A stretch of 63,927 nt of DNA, the filler included, from Candidatus Methanoxibalbensis ujae (GTDB lineage: Archaea; Halobacteriota; Syntropharchaeia; Alkanophagales; Methanospirareceae), in NCBI GenBank assembly GCA_026134085.1. It is 4 parts of 4 records of this genome, joined end to end, with 100 filler letters (N's around TTAATTAATTAA, not from the genome) between each part and the next. Parts side by side here need not be neighbours in the genome. Positions count along the whole stretch, not along the records: positions 20,374 to 40,212 come from JAOQIN010000034.1; positions 40,313 to 60,110 come from JAOQIN010000035.1; 2 more parts are not named here. One strand, given 5' to 3'. The position numbers and the translations under genes were made by a program. Positions 40,046 through 50,144 of the stretch are shown piece by piece; within the stretch, counting starts at the first letter, position 1, and each line of letters starts with the position of its first letter. The notes beneath the pieces are model-generated. The model ran no database searches. It was not told the DNA's origin and saw nothing but the letters and a program-made list of their open reading frames with translations.

Positions 40046-40212
40046 ATCATCAGGAGTATTCCTCGCTTTTTCTCCTCTCTTTCACCTCCTCATCCACCTC
40101 ACCATCCACCTCCCCTTTCACCTCAACACTCACCTCCTACATAGGTGTCATGATAATGGCAGTTGGAATTTTCATGTTGAGAAGCAGGAAGCACAAATTC
40201 TCATGGAGAAAG

Positions 40213-40312
40213 NNNNNNNNNNNNNNNNNNNNNNNNNNNNNNNNNNNNNNNNNNNNTTAATTAATTAANNNNNNNNNNNNNNNNNNNNNNNNNNNNNNNN
40301 NNNNNNNNNNNN
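40213..40312. other. artificial contig linker
   Basis: N-TTAATTAATTAA-N. Confidence 0.98.
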
Positions 40313-40817
40313 AACCTCCCCCGCTGTCCCCGCCGTCTCCGCCACTTCTCCACCACGCTCTTTCTCATTTCCCCGCTTTTTCACTGCGCTCCGCTAGCAC
40401 ATAAAGGAGCACATAAAGAATGCCGTTGAAGGCACACCTTAAGCCCTTAGTCACCCTGTCCCTGGCTTCTACGGCGGAAAATTTTCCCATAGTTCATCTT
40501 CTCCCTAAATGCTATATTTTTTATATTAAGTTTATTTATATTTTAAAATAACATCTTGAGGAAATGGTCAACTGGATATTCGCCATTTTGAAATTTGAAC
40601 TCAATCCGAATAAAGATATCAGACAGCAGTTTCTTGTGAAAATTCATAAAAATTGATGAAGAAGTTGCAGATAAGTTAAAGAATTTTTTGATAGAGGAGG
40701 TGGATGAATCTTTCAAAAAGCAGTTGTTATGTGATGGGAGACGGAGCGTTGGCTCGGATATGTTCTACGCTCGATAGGGACGAGGAATGCGAAGCAATCC
40801 TATTCGGCGCGCCATAC

Positions 40818-41003
40818 TTATTTTCTTTTACGGGACCAGTTGATGAAAATTATCCAATACAGAAACAGTAATGCAACAATGCTGATCCAGTATGGTCTCT
40901 CAAAAACTGGTTTCGGTAGCGTATTGAGATATGCTATCACACTTACTGTTACTATTACTGAGAGCATAGCAACAACAATTTTTCGCAGTTTGTCTTTCTC
41001 CAT
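40818..41003 (-). CDS. small 2-TM membrane protein
   Basis: GGAGGT RBS and two hydrophobic helices. Confidence 0.55.
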   Translation of the reverse strand: MEKDKLRKIVVAMLSVIVTVSVIAYLNTLPKPVFERPYWISIVALLFLYWIIFINWSRKRK

Positions 41004-41562
41004 TTTATTACCTCCTTCCCCGAATTAACTATTGTTTCTTTTAATATCTTTCTGTTTCAGGCGTTCCGACCGATTGCATATACATTTTGCGGATAATTCC
41101 GAAGGCAATTCTGGCTTTGATTTTCTTTTCTTTGATTTTCCTTTTATCCTCTGTTAAGTGACTGAGCAGAGCGAGGCAGGGCAACGCTGCAGAGTGGGCG
41201 GTGACATCATTTTCATCACTTTGCTGTTCATCCCGGAAACCTCATCTTGCATTTTACACATGATTTTTACCAGAATTTTTCCTGAACAAACATGCTGCTG
41301 ATTTCCCTCCATTCAGCACGCAAACTTCCCCCATAATAATGTGCATAGATGTTTTCTCAAACGAAAATCAACATTATACCCAGATGTAAATGATTGAAAC
41401 TGTAGGGGGGGTTGTTGATTTGCATGAAGGACATTCCAATGAAGGCAACAGCACTTGCTGAAGGATATTTTTCTATACAGAGGATCGCTGAGGAATTGTG
41501 AAACAGAAGAATAAGAAACATCCCATGAGGCACACGATTGCGGCTGAGGACGGTGGAGGATA

Positions 41563-42600
41563 TCACAGCCAATCGCTTATCCTCGCCTGCTCAGAGCTCT
41601 TCTTCCTCCTTTTTTCGCTGTCCCTGCTGCTTCTATCGTCATCATCTCGCTCACGGACGATCCTGCTCAGAGCCCTCCTGACACGAGCTTCAGAGAACTC
41701 ATGCTCATCGCAAAGGAATGAGAGAACTTTGCTTTCATCTGGAGGGTTCCATTTTATCTCGTAATTCTCATAAACATCAGGATGCAGGAACATCTCACGG
41801 ATGATCTGGTAATCCTCAATGCCCTCCGTATCAATTTTTTTTGCAGCGATTATTTTCTCAATACAGCCATATTTTTTTATGAGCTTAAGTGCTTTTTTCG
41901 GACCTATGCCTCTTATGCCATCGTTGTAATCTGTGCCGATGAGTATGGCGACATCTATAAGATTCTCTCTTGTGATATTGTGCGTTTTCAAAGTCTCATG
42001 AAGAGATATGATTGTATAATGACGGTGGCTGATGCTCATATTACGGATGAGCGAGGGTGCGCCGAAGAGGAGTGAATCGTAATCCTGAGATGCGACATGA
42101 TGTGCGTCTCCGCGAGCTGCGATGAACGCTGCCTGTGCTTCCCCCTCAGAAGGCGACTGAACGATGGGAACTCCCAGATATGACAGCAGTTTTTTCGCAC
42201 TCTCCACAATCTCTTCATCCACATATGCAGAAGCCTTTGCGTATTTCAATGCAAGTTCGGGGGATATCTCTCGCAGGTATTCCCACTGCATCCTCGCATA
42301 TTCCCTGCTCTCCTTCCTGCGCTTGAGCGTTTTCATCTTCAGCTCGGGAGGAGAGCCGTCAAACACAAATATAAACAGAATACCACACGCCATCAAATTC
42401 GTCACACGATATATAATGCCTGATAAGTGTGATGTGATTCTTCCGTTGGAATCCATGAGAGGCGTGCCGTCAGGCTGCCGTATCGTGCTCAGGAACTGAT
42501 ACAGCATGTTATATGCATCAACAGCTATTATGCTGCCTGAGAGATTCTCCACACCCACATAATGCTTGGGCAGTATTTCGCCTATATCCCCGCCTCCCAT
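41563..42600 (-). CDS. fen: flap endonuclease-1
   Basis: YQFLSTIRQPDGTPLMD, SEGEAQAA, SQDYDSLLFGAP, GTDYN, and C-terminal PIP box QARISDWL. Confidence 0.96.
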   Translation of the reverse strand: MGGGDIGEILPKHYVGVENLSGSIIAVDAYNMLYQFLSTIRQPDGTPLMDSNGRITSHLSGIIYRVTNLMACGILFIFVFDGSPPELKMKTLKRRKESREYARMQWEYLREISPELALKYAKASAYVDEEIVESAKKLLSYLGVPIVQSPSEGEAQAAFIAARGDAHHVASQDYDSLLFGAPSLIRNMSISHRHYTIISLHETLKTHNITRENLIDVAILIGTDYNDGIRGIGPKKALKLIKKYGCIEKIIAAKKIDTEGIEDYQIIREMFLHPDVYENYEIKWNPPDESKVLSFLCDEHEFSEARVRRALSRIVRERDDDDRSSRDSEKRRKKSSEQARISDWL

Positions 42601-43238
42601 ATCTGTTCATAGAACTCTGATGATATTATTGATATTATAGCTATTATTGCTATCATAGCTTATAGCAGCGACAGACAGATGCGCATGCTCGGAGCAGCAG
42701 CACGCAGTGCCCACACAGCTACAGCAAGCGCAGCTCCTCCCATGGTGACTCTCTCCACTGCCAAACTCCACAATCATCGGGGCTTTGAGAGGAATTTTCG
42801 TTGAGAAAGTCCAACACCATGGCTCGTTTCAGTTTTAATTATAGTCTGTATTCAGCTCTACTTTCAGCTCTACTTCACATACTGGACATGCAAATAATCC
42901 ATCTCAAACCTTGAGAGCCACAACAGGAGCATAGTTGTCGTTAGTAATGATTTTTGATGGATGATATAAATAATATAAACGATAATACGCGAGTTTGGCT
43001 CTCTGCTGAACTTCCCCGTCACCTATCTCTCTCAAACTCCTGTGCAAATTATCAACTGCTCTTCTCCCATTCCAGGACATAGAGGTATTTGTGCATGAGT
43101 ACGTTTGTGCATGAGGACGAGGCGGGAGATAAGAAGGAGCCCGCTTTGCTCGCAGAAAAATGGGCAAAAGCACACTTTATCAAACTGCTTTTCCGAAGAA
43201 TTGATGAAAATGGAAAAAATAAAACAGATACTTTCCGT

Positions 43239-45374
43239 TTAATTCCACAATCCCTCTGCCGCCATATCTTCCAAAGTGGAGAAGGGTGAGGCGGTAGCTT
43301 TTCCTTTGTATGTGAAAGTGCAAGAGTCTCTGGCGATTATCTTGTCTGTTTTCGTGTCTACGAAAGCCACATGCCATGAGTAAGTCCCCCCTCTCGGACA
43401 GGGCAGCGGTCTTGGCAGGACGAAAGATGCTATGTTCGGGTTATTCCACTCAATTCCCGCAGGGATACGGATGTTGCATTTGCATCCGAGAATATAAACG
43501 GGAACTCCTGCTGAGTTCTCAAGCCATATACACACATCTGCGTTTTTACTGGTTCCAGAGTTCAGGACTTTCAACCCCACTTTCATCACATCCCCTTCCC
43601 TGTAGCTCGCTTTGTCCGTGTAAATTTCGCAATCAACGCCTCTGAAGAAGTAGACATATTGACCATACCAGTTCCATATATCATTCGCTTCCACACTGAT
43701 GCTTAAATATTCTTTATATTTTCCGTCAGTAAGCGGTTCCGTGCCTATGTATGTGAGCTTTGCTCTTATAGTCTTGCTCTCACCTGGCTTCAGATAGAAA
43801 TAGTTATCGCTGAAACTCCATACAAAGTCACTGCTTCCCTTAAAACTTTCCCACCAGCACATTGTTTCATTGAACCTGTGGACATAAGCATAGCTGTCCA
43901 GACTGACATATATTTCATCGTCAAATATGTTTTCCACAGTCACATTGTAACTCACACTTGTATCCAATGCGGTGTCAATAGGCTCAATTGTAATCCTTGC
44001 AATCGGCGTGTAGTTTCCATATAAATTTACGATGATCCCCACTCCCGATGTCACATTAACAGAACTTGTCGGTGTGGAGAAATATTCTGAATATGCATAA
44101 ATATACCACTGTCCGGGTGGCACTTTGAATGCGTATCTGCCATTCTGGTCTGTGACCGTGTATAAATTCAGCCCACAGCGACATGGAGGTGGAGGAACGG
44201 GAGAAGGCACAGGAACGACTGTGGTATTGTTCTTTATTGGTATTATTGTCCATTCTGATTGATTATATGCATAAACGGTTGCATACGGCACCACATTGCC
44301 CCATTTGTCATAAACTTTCCCTGTGATTATGCCATATTTGTCACCGGGATTCACTGGATTCAGACTTTGATAGTGCCATATATCTATGTCTGCGTATTGC
44401 CAGAGTGAGTGTGGAATGCTCACATCAATGACTTTTACATTTTCTCCTGTATATTTGTCAAAGTGCATCCATATGCTGACATCCACTTCGTCACAGTCGT
44501 TCCTGACGCTGAAGTTTGCTGAATGTGCTGGTAGTGAGCTCACATCGTAACTGCACCAGTGTGCATATGCATAACTGTGGCAGTCACCACAGTAGCAATA
44601 GGTGTCGTTGTGAGACAAAGTCCAGTCTGCAGTTGGCATTGTGCTGACAACACTTATATTTTTGACATCATATACCTCATACTCTACATCCACATAGTCG
44701 TAAATGCCATCCAAGTTCACCTCACCGATGCTCACATTCACATATCCACTGCTATTTGGACCGAAGTCCGCAGGTGTTATTATCAGTTTTGGATTATTTG
44801 TTATCGGATATAGCGCTGGCGAAAACTTCTCAAGTTCAAAATCCGCCCATATGTAATCTTCGCATTCTGGAATATCCGTGAAATTCACATACATTATGCC
44901 TGTGCTATCGTCATATTTGTATTCCACAGGAACATCTGACCCTGAAAGAACTGGATTGATTCCCCTCGGCAGTTTAAGTTTCAGCAAGATTTCATTCACA
45001 TCACCGAAATTTGACACATATATATGGAAAGAGGGTGTGTATTTCAGCGTTCCTCCAAGGTTGTAGTCATACCATTCGTAGATGCTCACATAAGCGATGC
45101 CGGCTTGAATTTTTCCGCTTTTGTTCAGCTCCTCAAAACGCTGTTTCTCCTTTTCTATCCTTATTTTCCGCAGAATCTCCTCCTCCGCCTTTATTTTCTC
45201 CTGTTGGTTCGCATAATGCTTCTCTTCAACCTGCTTCAGCATGGCTGTCAGGTCCTCGTTTCCACAGGCACAACAGGCGTTGTATGTGTTTTTGTCGGCT
45301 GTCGCAACGCCTGACAGCATCACGAACAGCAGCACCCCTAACACCGCGGCACCCCTCACATCACATACTTTCAT
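43239..45374 (-). CDS. secreted/cell-surface protein with carboxypeptidase-regulatory-like and Ig-like domains
   Basis: Signal peptide, GIITGKVYD...TDQNGRYAFKVPPGQW, and IYTDKASYREGD. Confidence 0.8.
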   Translation of the reverse strand: MKVCDVRGAAVLGVLLFVMLSGVATADKNTYNACCACGNEDLTAMLKQVEEKHYANQQEKIKAEEEILRKIRIEKEKQRFEELNKSGKIQAGIAYVSIYEWYDYNLGGTLKYTPSFHIYVSNFGDVNEILLKLKLPRGINPVLSGSDVPVEYKYDDSTGIMYVNFTDIPECEDYIWADFELEKFSPALYPITNNPKLIITPADFGPNSSGYVNVSIGEVNLDGIYDYVDVEYEVYDVKNISVVSTMPTADWTLSHNDTYCYCGDCHSYAYAHWCSYDVSSLPAHSANFSVRNDCDEVDVSIWMHFDKYTGENVKVIDVSIPHSLWQYADIDIWHYQSLNPVNPGDKYGIITGKVYDKWGNVVPYATVYAYNQSEWTIIPIKNNTTVVPVPSPVPPPPCRCGLNLYTVTDQNGRYAFKVPPGQWYIYAYSEYFSTPTSSVNVTSGVGIIVNLYGNYTPIARITIEPIDTALDTSVSYNVTVENIFDDEIYVSLDSYAYVHRFNETMCWWESFKGSSDFVWSFSDNYFYLKPGESKTIRAKLTYIGTEPLTDGKYKEYLSISVEANDIWNWYGQYVYFFRGVDCEIYTDKASYREGDVMKVGLKVLNSGTSKNADVCIWLENSAGVPVYILGCKCNIRIPAGIEWNNPNIASFVLPRPLPCPRGGTYSWHVAFVDTKTDKIIARDSCTFTYKGKATASPFSTLEDMAAEGLWN

Positions 45375-45469
45375 TCCTTATCACCTCCCTTTTGACACTA
45401 AGCATGGCATTTAAATATTTGTTTCAGCAGAGAGAGGGTGAGAGGAGAAGAAAAATGTGCGAACACAAG

Positions 45470-45790
45470 GAAGAGAAAGAAGCAAGTTACATCACATGCG
45501 AGTGCAGAAGAGGAGCAGCAGGAGGAGGAGGAAATCAGGCCCGGCTTCGTCGTCTCCGAATTTCATACCTTGGGCAGGGAGCACGCATCGTTTTTGGACG
45601 CTAAGGTCATCCTCACTTTCTATGTGCCTGGCGTATTTGATCTCGCTGTTAAGATTCTTCTCGAGCTCCGTGATCAAGATGGGAATCAGTGCTGTTGTGA
45701 CGCTTGGAGTGATTGAAGGAGCCACAGAACATGATGAGATTGTCGCACAGCACGCTGCGAGAAAAATAATGTATCGCCCGAAGTGAAAGC
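45470..45790 (+). pseudogene. ribH: degraded lumazine synthase
   Basis: GFVVSEF...VPGVFDLAVKILL, then after a frameshift ISAVVTLGVIEGATEHDEIVAQHAARKIM. Truncated. Confidence 0.7.
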
Positions 45791-46008
45791 GAGGAAAGCG
45801 AGATCAAGCATGATGTTGTAGATGCTCATTTAATTTCACATTGATTTCGCCACTTTCATTTTCGGGCGGTATCAGCAGCGGTCACAGCATTTTGTATATT
45901 TGTGATATAATGAATGTGCATGCTCGCCTGATTATGCCTTAACCTCGACGTCTCCTTAAAAATGAGGCTGTCTGAGGCGTAAATTTGTGCCTTATGTGGC
46001 GTAAATTT

Positions 46009-47182
46009 GTGAACTGCCCGCAGCTATCGCAGGGGGCTGCCTGCTTCACTGAGAAGACTTGCCCTCCAACAGCATCCATCGCAGAGATTGTGCGGGGTAT
46101 AGGTCTCCTCTTCACATGAGGGTCGGGACGACCACAAACTCAACATGCTGAGATGTAACCTAAGGTTTGTCCATTGTCAATCCTTCAGATGTGCTTCACC
46201 ACTCTCCAGCTCTTTCAGACTTGAAGCCTTCTCCCTGTTCTTCAATCCTCTCTTCTTCTTTGATAATGTGAAGAAATCCTATCCCCTCATGCGCTCTCTC
46301 GTGGAATCTCGGGTTCTCTATCTGGATGCCTTCGCTGTCCGTGAGGAAGTGTTTTATTCCGTCATCTTCTTGAGTTCTCTCTCAACTTTGACCTCTCTCA
46401 ACATGCAAGTGAACCATTTGGCAAGTGAACCATTTAAGTTATTTGATAGTTATTTATCCTTCTGTCTTACTTTTGTCTTACTGGTATTGGTATGTCCCCA
46501 TGGTATGTCCCCAATGATGTGTAGGTCAAGCCTCCTGCTTTATCTGTTTGAAACCGCTCTGGTTATAAAATGAACCATCCCCTCTCAGTCAACATTCTTA
46601 CTGTTCCTCTTCAGCTGTGATAAAGCTTTCAAGTTTGAGTATAGCTTACATCTGACCTGGAGTGAACTTCAGTTCAGGCCTTAGTTTAGGAAGTTGAGCT
46701 TGAGTTCAAGTCCGCTTGGAATTCTATCTCTCCATAGGGAGATTGTAGTTTTGCCTGCACTCTCCATTAGCCCTTCTTCCTGTCTTTTCTTTGAATACAG
46801 TCCTGCCAAGCATGTCCTTGATCCTCCACATACTTCAGAACATCGTTACCTGCCCCATAGTGGCGAGATGCAGGGACCAAAAGACGTCTTTCCACAATTT
46901 TGTTTTCACTTCAGTTTCTTTGGATTTCTCCCTATGTTATTTTCATTGTATTGATGTATTTAGGTATGGTGTGAGCTTGGCTTTGAATGTGAAAATGATC
47001 TCTCGCACTCAAAGAACATTTATCTCAAATCCCTCACAATACTTACTTGAACAAAATGATACTGAAGAGCATAAACCGAATGAGCCCTTTTGTCTTCATA
47101 TTCTTCATATAATTTCTTCATATAATTCTGCAACTGATTATTGGCTCTCATCCCAACCATCACGGATTGAGCGCCGACAAGG
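46009..47182 (-). mobile_element. decayed IS200/IS605 element (tnpA and tnpB remnants)
   Basis: TnpA remnants AHSVYALQYHFVQV and KTKLWKDVFWS. TnpB remnants NQSGFK and GIKHFLTDSEGIQIENPRF. Right end ...GAAGCAGGCAGCCCC...GGGCAGTTCAC. Confidence 0.8.
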
Positions 47183-47330
47183 TTAAAGAGAGAGGAAACA
47201 TATGAGCGACATTGAGGAGAGGATATTGCATGCCTCCATATACACATATTCACAGATACACAACTGGTGGGAGAGATAACCCATCATATTCATCACTCAT
47301 CATATTCCTTTTTCATGCGGATTAAATAGC

Positions 47331-48098
47331 ATGGACTGTCTTAAGAACTTTTTGAAAGGCGTTTTGATGGGGATGGTTGATATAATACCGGGCGTTTCAG
47401 GAGGCACGATCGCATTCATCACAGGCGTATATGAGAGGTTAGTTCGCAATTTGAGCATGTTCCATCCAAAGAATTTTAAGGAAATTGAATTCAAATTTTT
47501 GATTGCGATAGGTCTTGGCGTCTCGGTTGGGATCGCGATCATGTCAAAAATACTCAAATTTCTGCTTGAAAATTCTCCAGATTTCACATATGCGTTCTTT
47601 CTCGGCTTGATATGCGGCTCTGCGTTCTTTCTGATGGTAAACATGAAAAAGGACAGACGATTTTGTTATGTTATTCCGGGTGCAATGCTATCGCTGCTCA
47701 TCGTTGAGATAAATGTGCTCAACATCTCAAATTCGGCGCTCTCACTTTTCATATCAGGATTTCTCGCAACATGCGCAATGACACTTCCGGGAATCTCAGG
47801 TGCAATGGTGCTTGTCATACTCGGTCAATACGAATATATTCTGCATCTGATAGCAGAATTACGCTTCTTTGAGCTTCTTATATTCGCATCAGGCGCTGTT
47901 TTATCGCTGCTGACATTTGTGAAGTTCTTAAATTATCTCATTTCAAATCACAGAATGTCGCTTTTTCCATTTCTCATTGGAATGATAATGGGCGGAGCAA
48001 GTGCGATTTACAACAAAATAAGCATGGATTTCGTATATGTTCCTGTATTCTTTTCGCTGGGATTCATCGCATCTTATGTTTTATACAGGTTTCAATGA
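47331..48098 (+). CDS. DUF368 family membrane protein
   Basis: PGVSGGTIAFITGVYE and LPGISG motifs. Confidence 0.9.
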   Translation: MDCLKNFLKGVLMGMVDIIPGVSGGTIAFITGVYERLVRNLSMFHPKNFKEIEFKFLIAIGLGVSVGIAIMSKILKFLLENSPDFTYAFFLGLICGSAFFLMVNMKKDRRFCYVIPGAMLSLLIVEINVLNISNSALSLFISGFLATCAMTLPGISGAMVLVILGQYEYILHLIAELRFFELLIFASGAVLSLLTFVKFLNYLISNHRMSLFPFLIGMIMGGASAIYNKISMDFVYVPVFFSLGFIASYVLYRFQ

Positions 48099-48382
48099 TC
48101 AGATAAACAATCAGATGTCAGCTTCTTCCGTCAGTCTCTTCAGATATGGGCACATCAGTTCCATTCCGCTATGCAACGGCTGAATTTGGCGAATTTTCTC
48201 TGTGGCAGCCGTATGAGGCTTGGTCCGCAGAGAGTAAGCGCTCCATTACGGGATATCGCCTGTGTCTGGTGATCTGACGTTTTTAAAAACGCCGAGCGCG
48301 CAGTCAAGCGCATCAGCTATGAGGTGTGAGGTGCCCGCATCGCCTATGGGAGGAGGTGTGGTTGAGATTTGAGTTGAGCAGC

Positions 48383-48775
48383 TCACACTTTCAGATCCAT
48401 TTTGTATTTGCCCTCGTAATGCAGAAATGGCACTTCCCTGCCCGGCTCTATAAGACCGCGCTCAAGCACTTCAGGTGGAATTTTGAGCTCAATTGTCTCG
48501 TAGGTCTCAAGGTCCATCACCTGTGCGGTGTCCCCCATCACCGAGAGGACCTGCCCTGTCCTGCGCTCAATGATTGGCACATATATTTTAGCGGTGACAG
48601 GCAGTATAGCAGTCCGCTTCTGACTGTCAAAAACACCTATGCCCTCTATGCGAGCCTTGGCCGCTCCATGCTTGCCGGGCTTTGAAGTTGTCATGCTCAC
48701 TATCGTGCACGGCTCATCATCTATAAGCACATACTTGCCCTCCTTCAACATACGGACTTCCGTCATCTCCTTCAT
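48383..48775 (-). CDS. eif5a: translation factor aIF5A
   Basis: Hypusine loop SKPGKHGAAKAR. Confidence 0.96.
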   Translation of the reverse strand: MKEMTEVRMLKEGKYVLIDDEPCTIVSMTTSKPGKHGAAKARIEGIGVFDSQKRTAILPVTAKIYVPIIERRTGQVLSVMGDTAQVMDLETYETIELKIPPEVLERGLIEPGREVPFLHYEGKYKMDLKV

Positions 48776-48884
48776 CGCAATCCTCCTCTCCTATATTCAT
48801 CGCATCTATTTCTGTTTTTCTGTTTCTTCCGCCTGCTCATTGCCAAGATATATCATTCCTCTTTAAGAAAGATAGGAAAGATAG

Positions 48885-50144
48885 ATGCCCGAGTTTCTGT
48901 CGGAGTATATAAGGGAACTGAGTGCAGTTGTGGATCGCATAGGGGCATACGACAGGGACATACTGAATGATGTCTTCAGAAGATACTGGCTGCCCTTCCC
49001 TTTCGGAAGCATGACTGTGGACGGAGAAGTGCTGGCTGTTGACAGCAGCTCTGCAAAGCATGCGACAGAGGAAGGCGGTGTGTTTTATGTTGTGCGTGCG
49101 ATGGCTCTCTCAAATCAGCGCAGATACAGAAAAGTGAGCGTCGGATACGATTTCTCGCCGAATTTTCATGATCTCCCACTCATAAGCAGGATCATGGAGC
49201 ATCTTGAGCATGCGGTTGCGAAGGACGCCATTGAGGACGGTTTTGATGACATCATACTGATGGATGGCTCTCTATACGGGAGGATGTCCCATCTTCTCAA
49301 GGAGACTGATTTTGTTGAGAGGCGTGCGCTCATGGTGGATTATTTTGAGATGCTGCATTCCTTTCTGGATGCGTGCAGGCGCAACGGGATAACAGTTGTG
49401 AGCATAAGCAAGGAGAGCAGAACATCTTTCTTCAGGACATTCCTCGTCGGAAAGGCGATTGAGGAGATGGGCGTGGATGATTCGCTGCGCGATTTCATAA
49501 TGCAATCGGCTATTGAACGAACGAACATCTCAAATGTGCTGGGACTTGCTGAGAGCAGAGGAATTGCGGAGCTCGTCATGGAGCTTATACGCAGACAGCC
49601 CGACTTTCAGATGATATTGAGATATGCACGCGGCATAAAAAAAACAGGATGCACGACGCCCCTGCTTCTAGGCGCAACAGCGAGATGGCACCGTGAATAC
49701 AATTTGATAAAAAATGACGCTGAAAATTTCATACGAAGGCGATTTCCCGTTTCTTCAGCAACTGATGATGGTTTTGTGGAGCGTGTGTTGAATGTCATGA
49801 GCGCTGTTGAGAACCTTCCGGCAGTTGTCTCATTTCATGTGCTTCCCGCGCTCAACGACACACCTATGAGAGTGGATGTCCCGGCATGGATGTTCAACAT
49901 AAACAAGCGGATGTGCGATGTGCGCATGCCTGAAAGCATAAGCGGATACGATAAGTTGAAGGAGATAATTGAGCTTATCTCAGCAGGCTACTGCGATCTG
50001 AGAAATTACAACATATGGCTTTCGGCGGTTGACAGCGCTGTGAAGCTGCGCAAAGATGTTTTTGAGAATGTGTATCTCAGGAAATTTGAGGAATTCATCG
50101 GAATATACTCGGCAAGAGGTGATAGGCGTGCAAGATTCCCGTGA
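48885..50144 (+). CDS. nurA: NurA-family nuclease
   Basis: LAVDSS, ILMDGSL, VSISKES and GY...L..VD..VKL motifs. Overlaps herA. Confidence 0.8.
   Translation: MPEFLSEYIRELSAVVDRIGAYDRDILNDVFRRYWLPFPFGSMTVDGEVLAVDSSSAKHATEEGGVFYVVRAMALSNQRRYRKVSVGYDFSPNFHDLPLISRIMEHLEHAVAKDAIEDGFDDIILMDGSLYGRMSHLLKETDFVERRALMVDYFEMLHSFLDACRRNGITVVSISKESRTSFFRTFLVGKAIEEMGVDDSLRDFIMQSAIERTNISNVLGLAESRGIAELVMELIRRQPDFQMILRYARGIKKTGCTTPLLLGATARWHREYNLIKNDAENFIRRRFPVSSATDDGFVERVLNVMSAVENLPAVVSFHVLPALNDTPMRVDVPAWMFNINKRMCDVRMPESISGYDKLKEIIELISAGYCDLRNYNIWLSAVDSAVKLRKDVFENVYLRKFEEFIGIYSARGDRRARFP

Larger units (their letters stand above)
20374..40212. mobile_element. putative archaeal filamentous virus genome (Adnaviria/Tokiviricetes-like), near-complete contig
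   Basis: AT-richer than the flanking contigs. Dense operons with GGAGGTGA RBS, no housekeeping genes and no integrase. Carries a SIRV2-like MCP, glycosyltransferase, MTase and replication block. Confidence 0.8.

Noticed and set aside
20274..40312. Provirus integrated between host genes
   Set aside because: Both borders are artificial linkers. Contigs 2 and 3 are 19839 and 19798 bp, consistent with length-sorted concatenation. There is no integrase or att pair.
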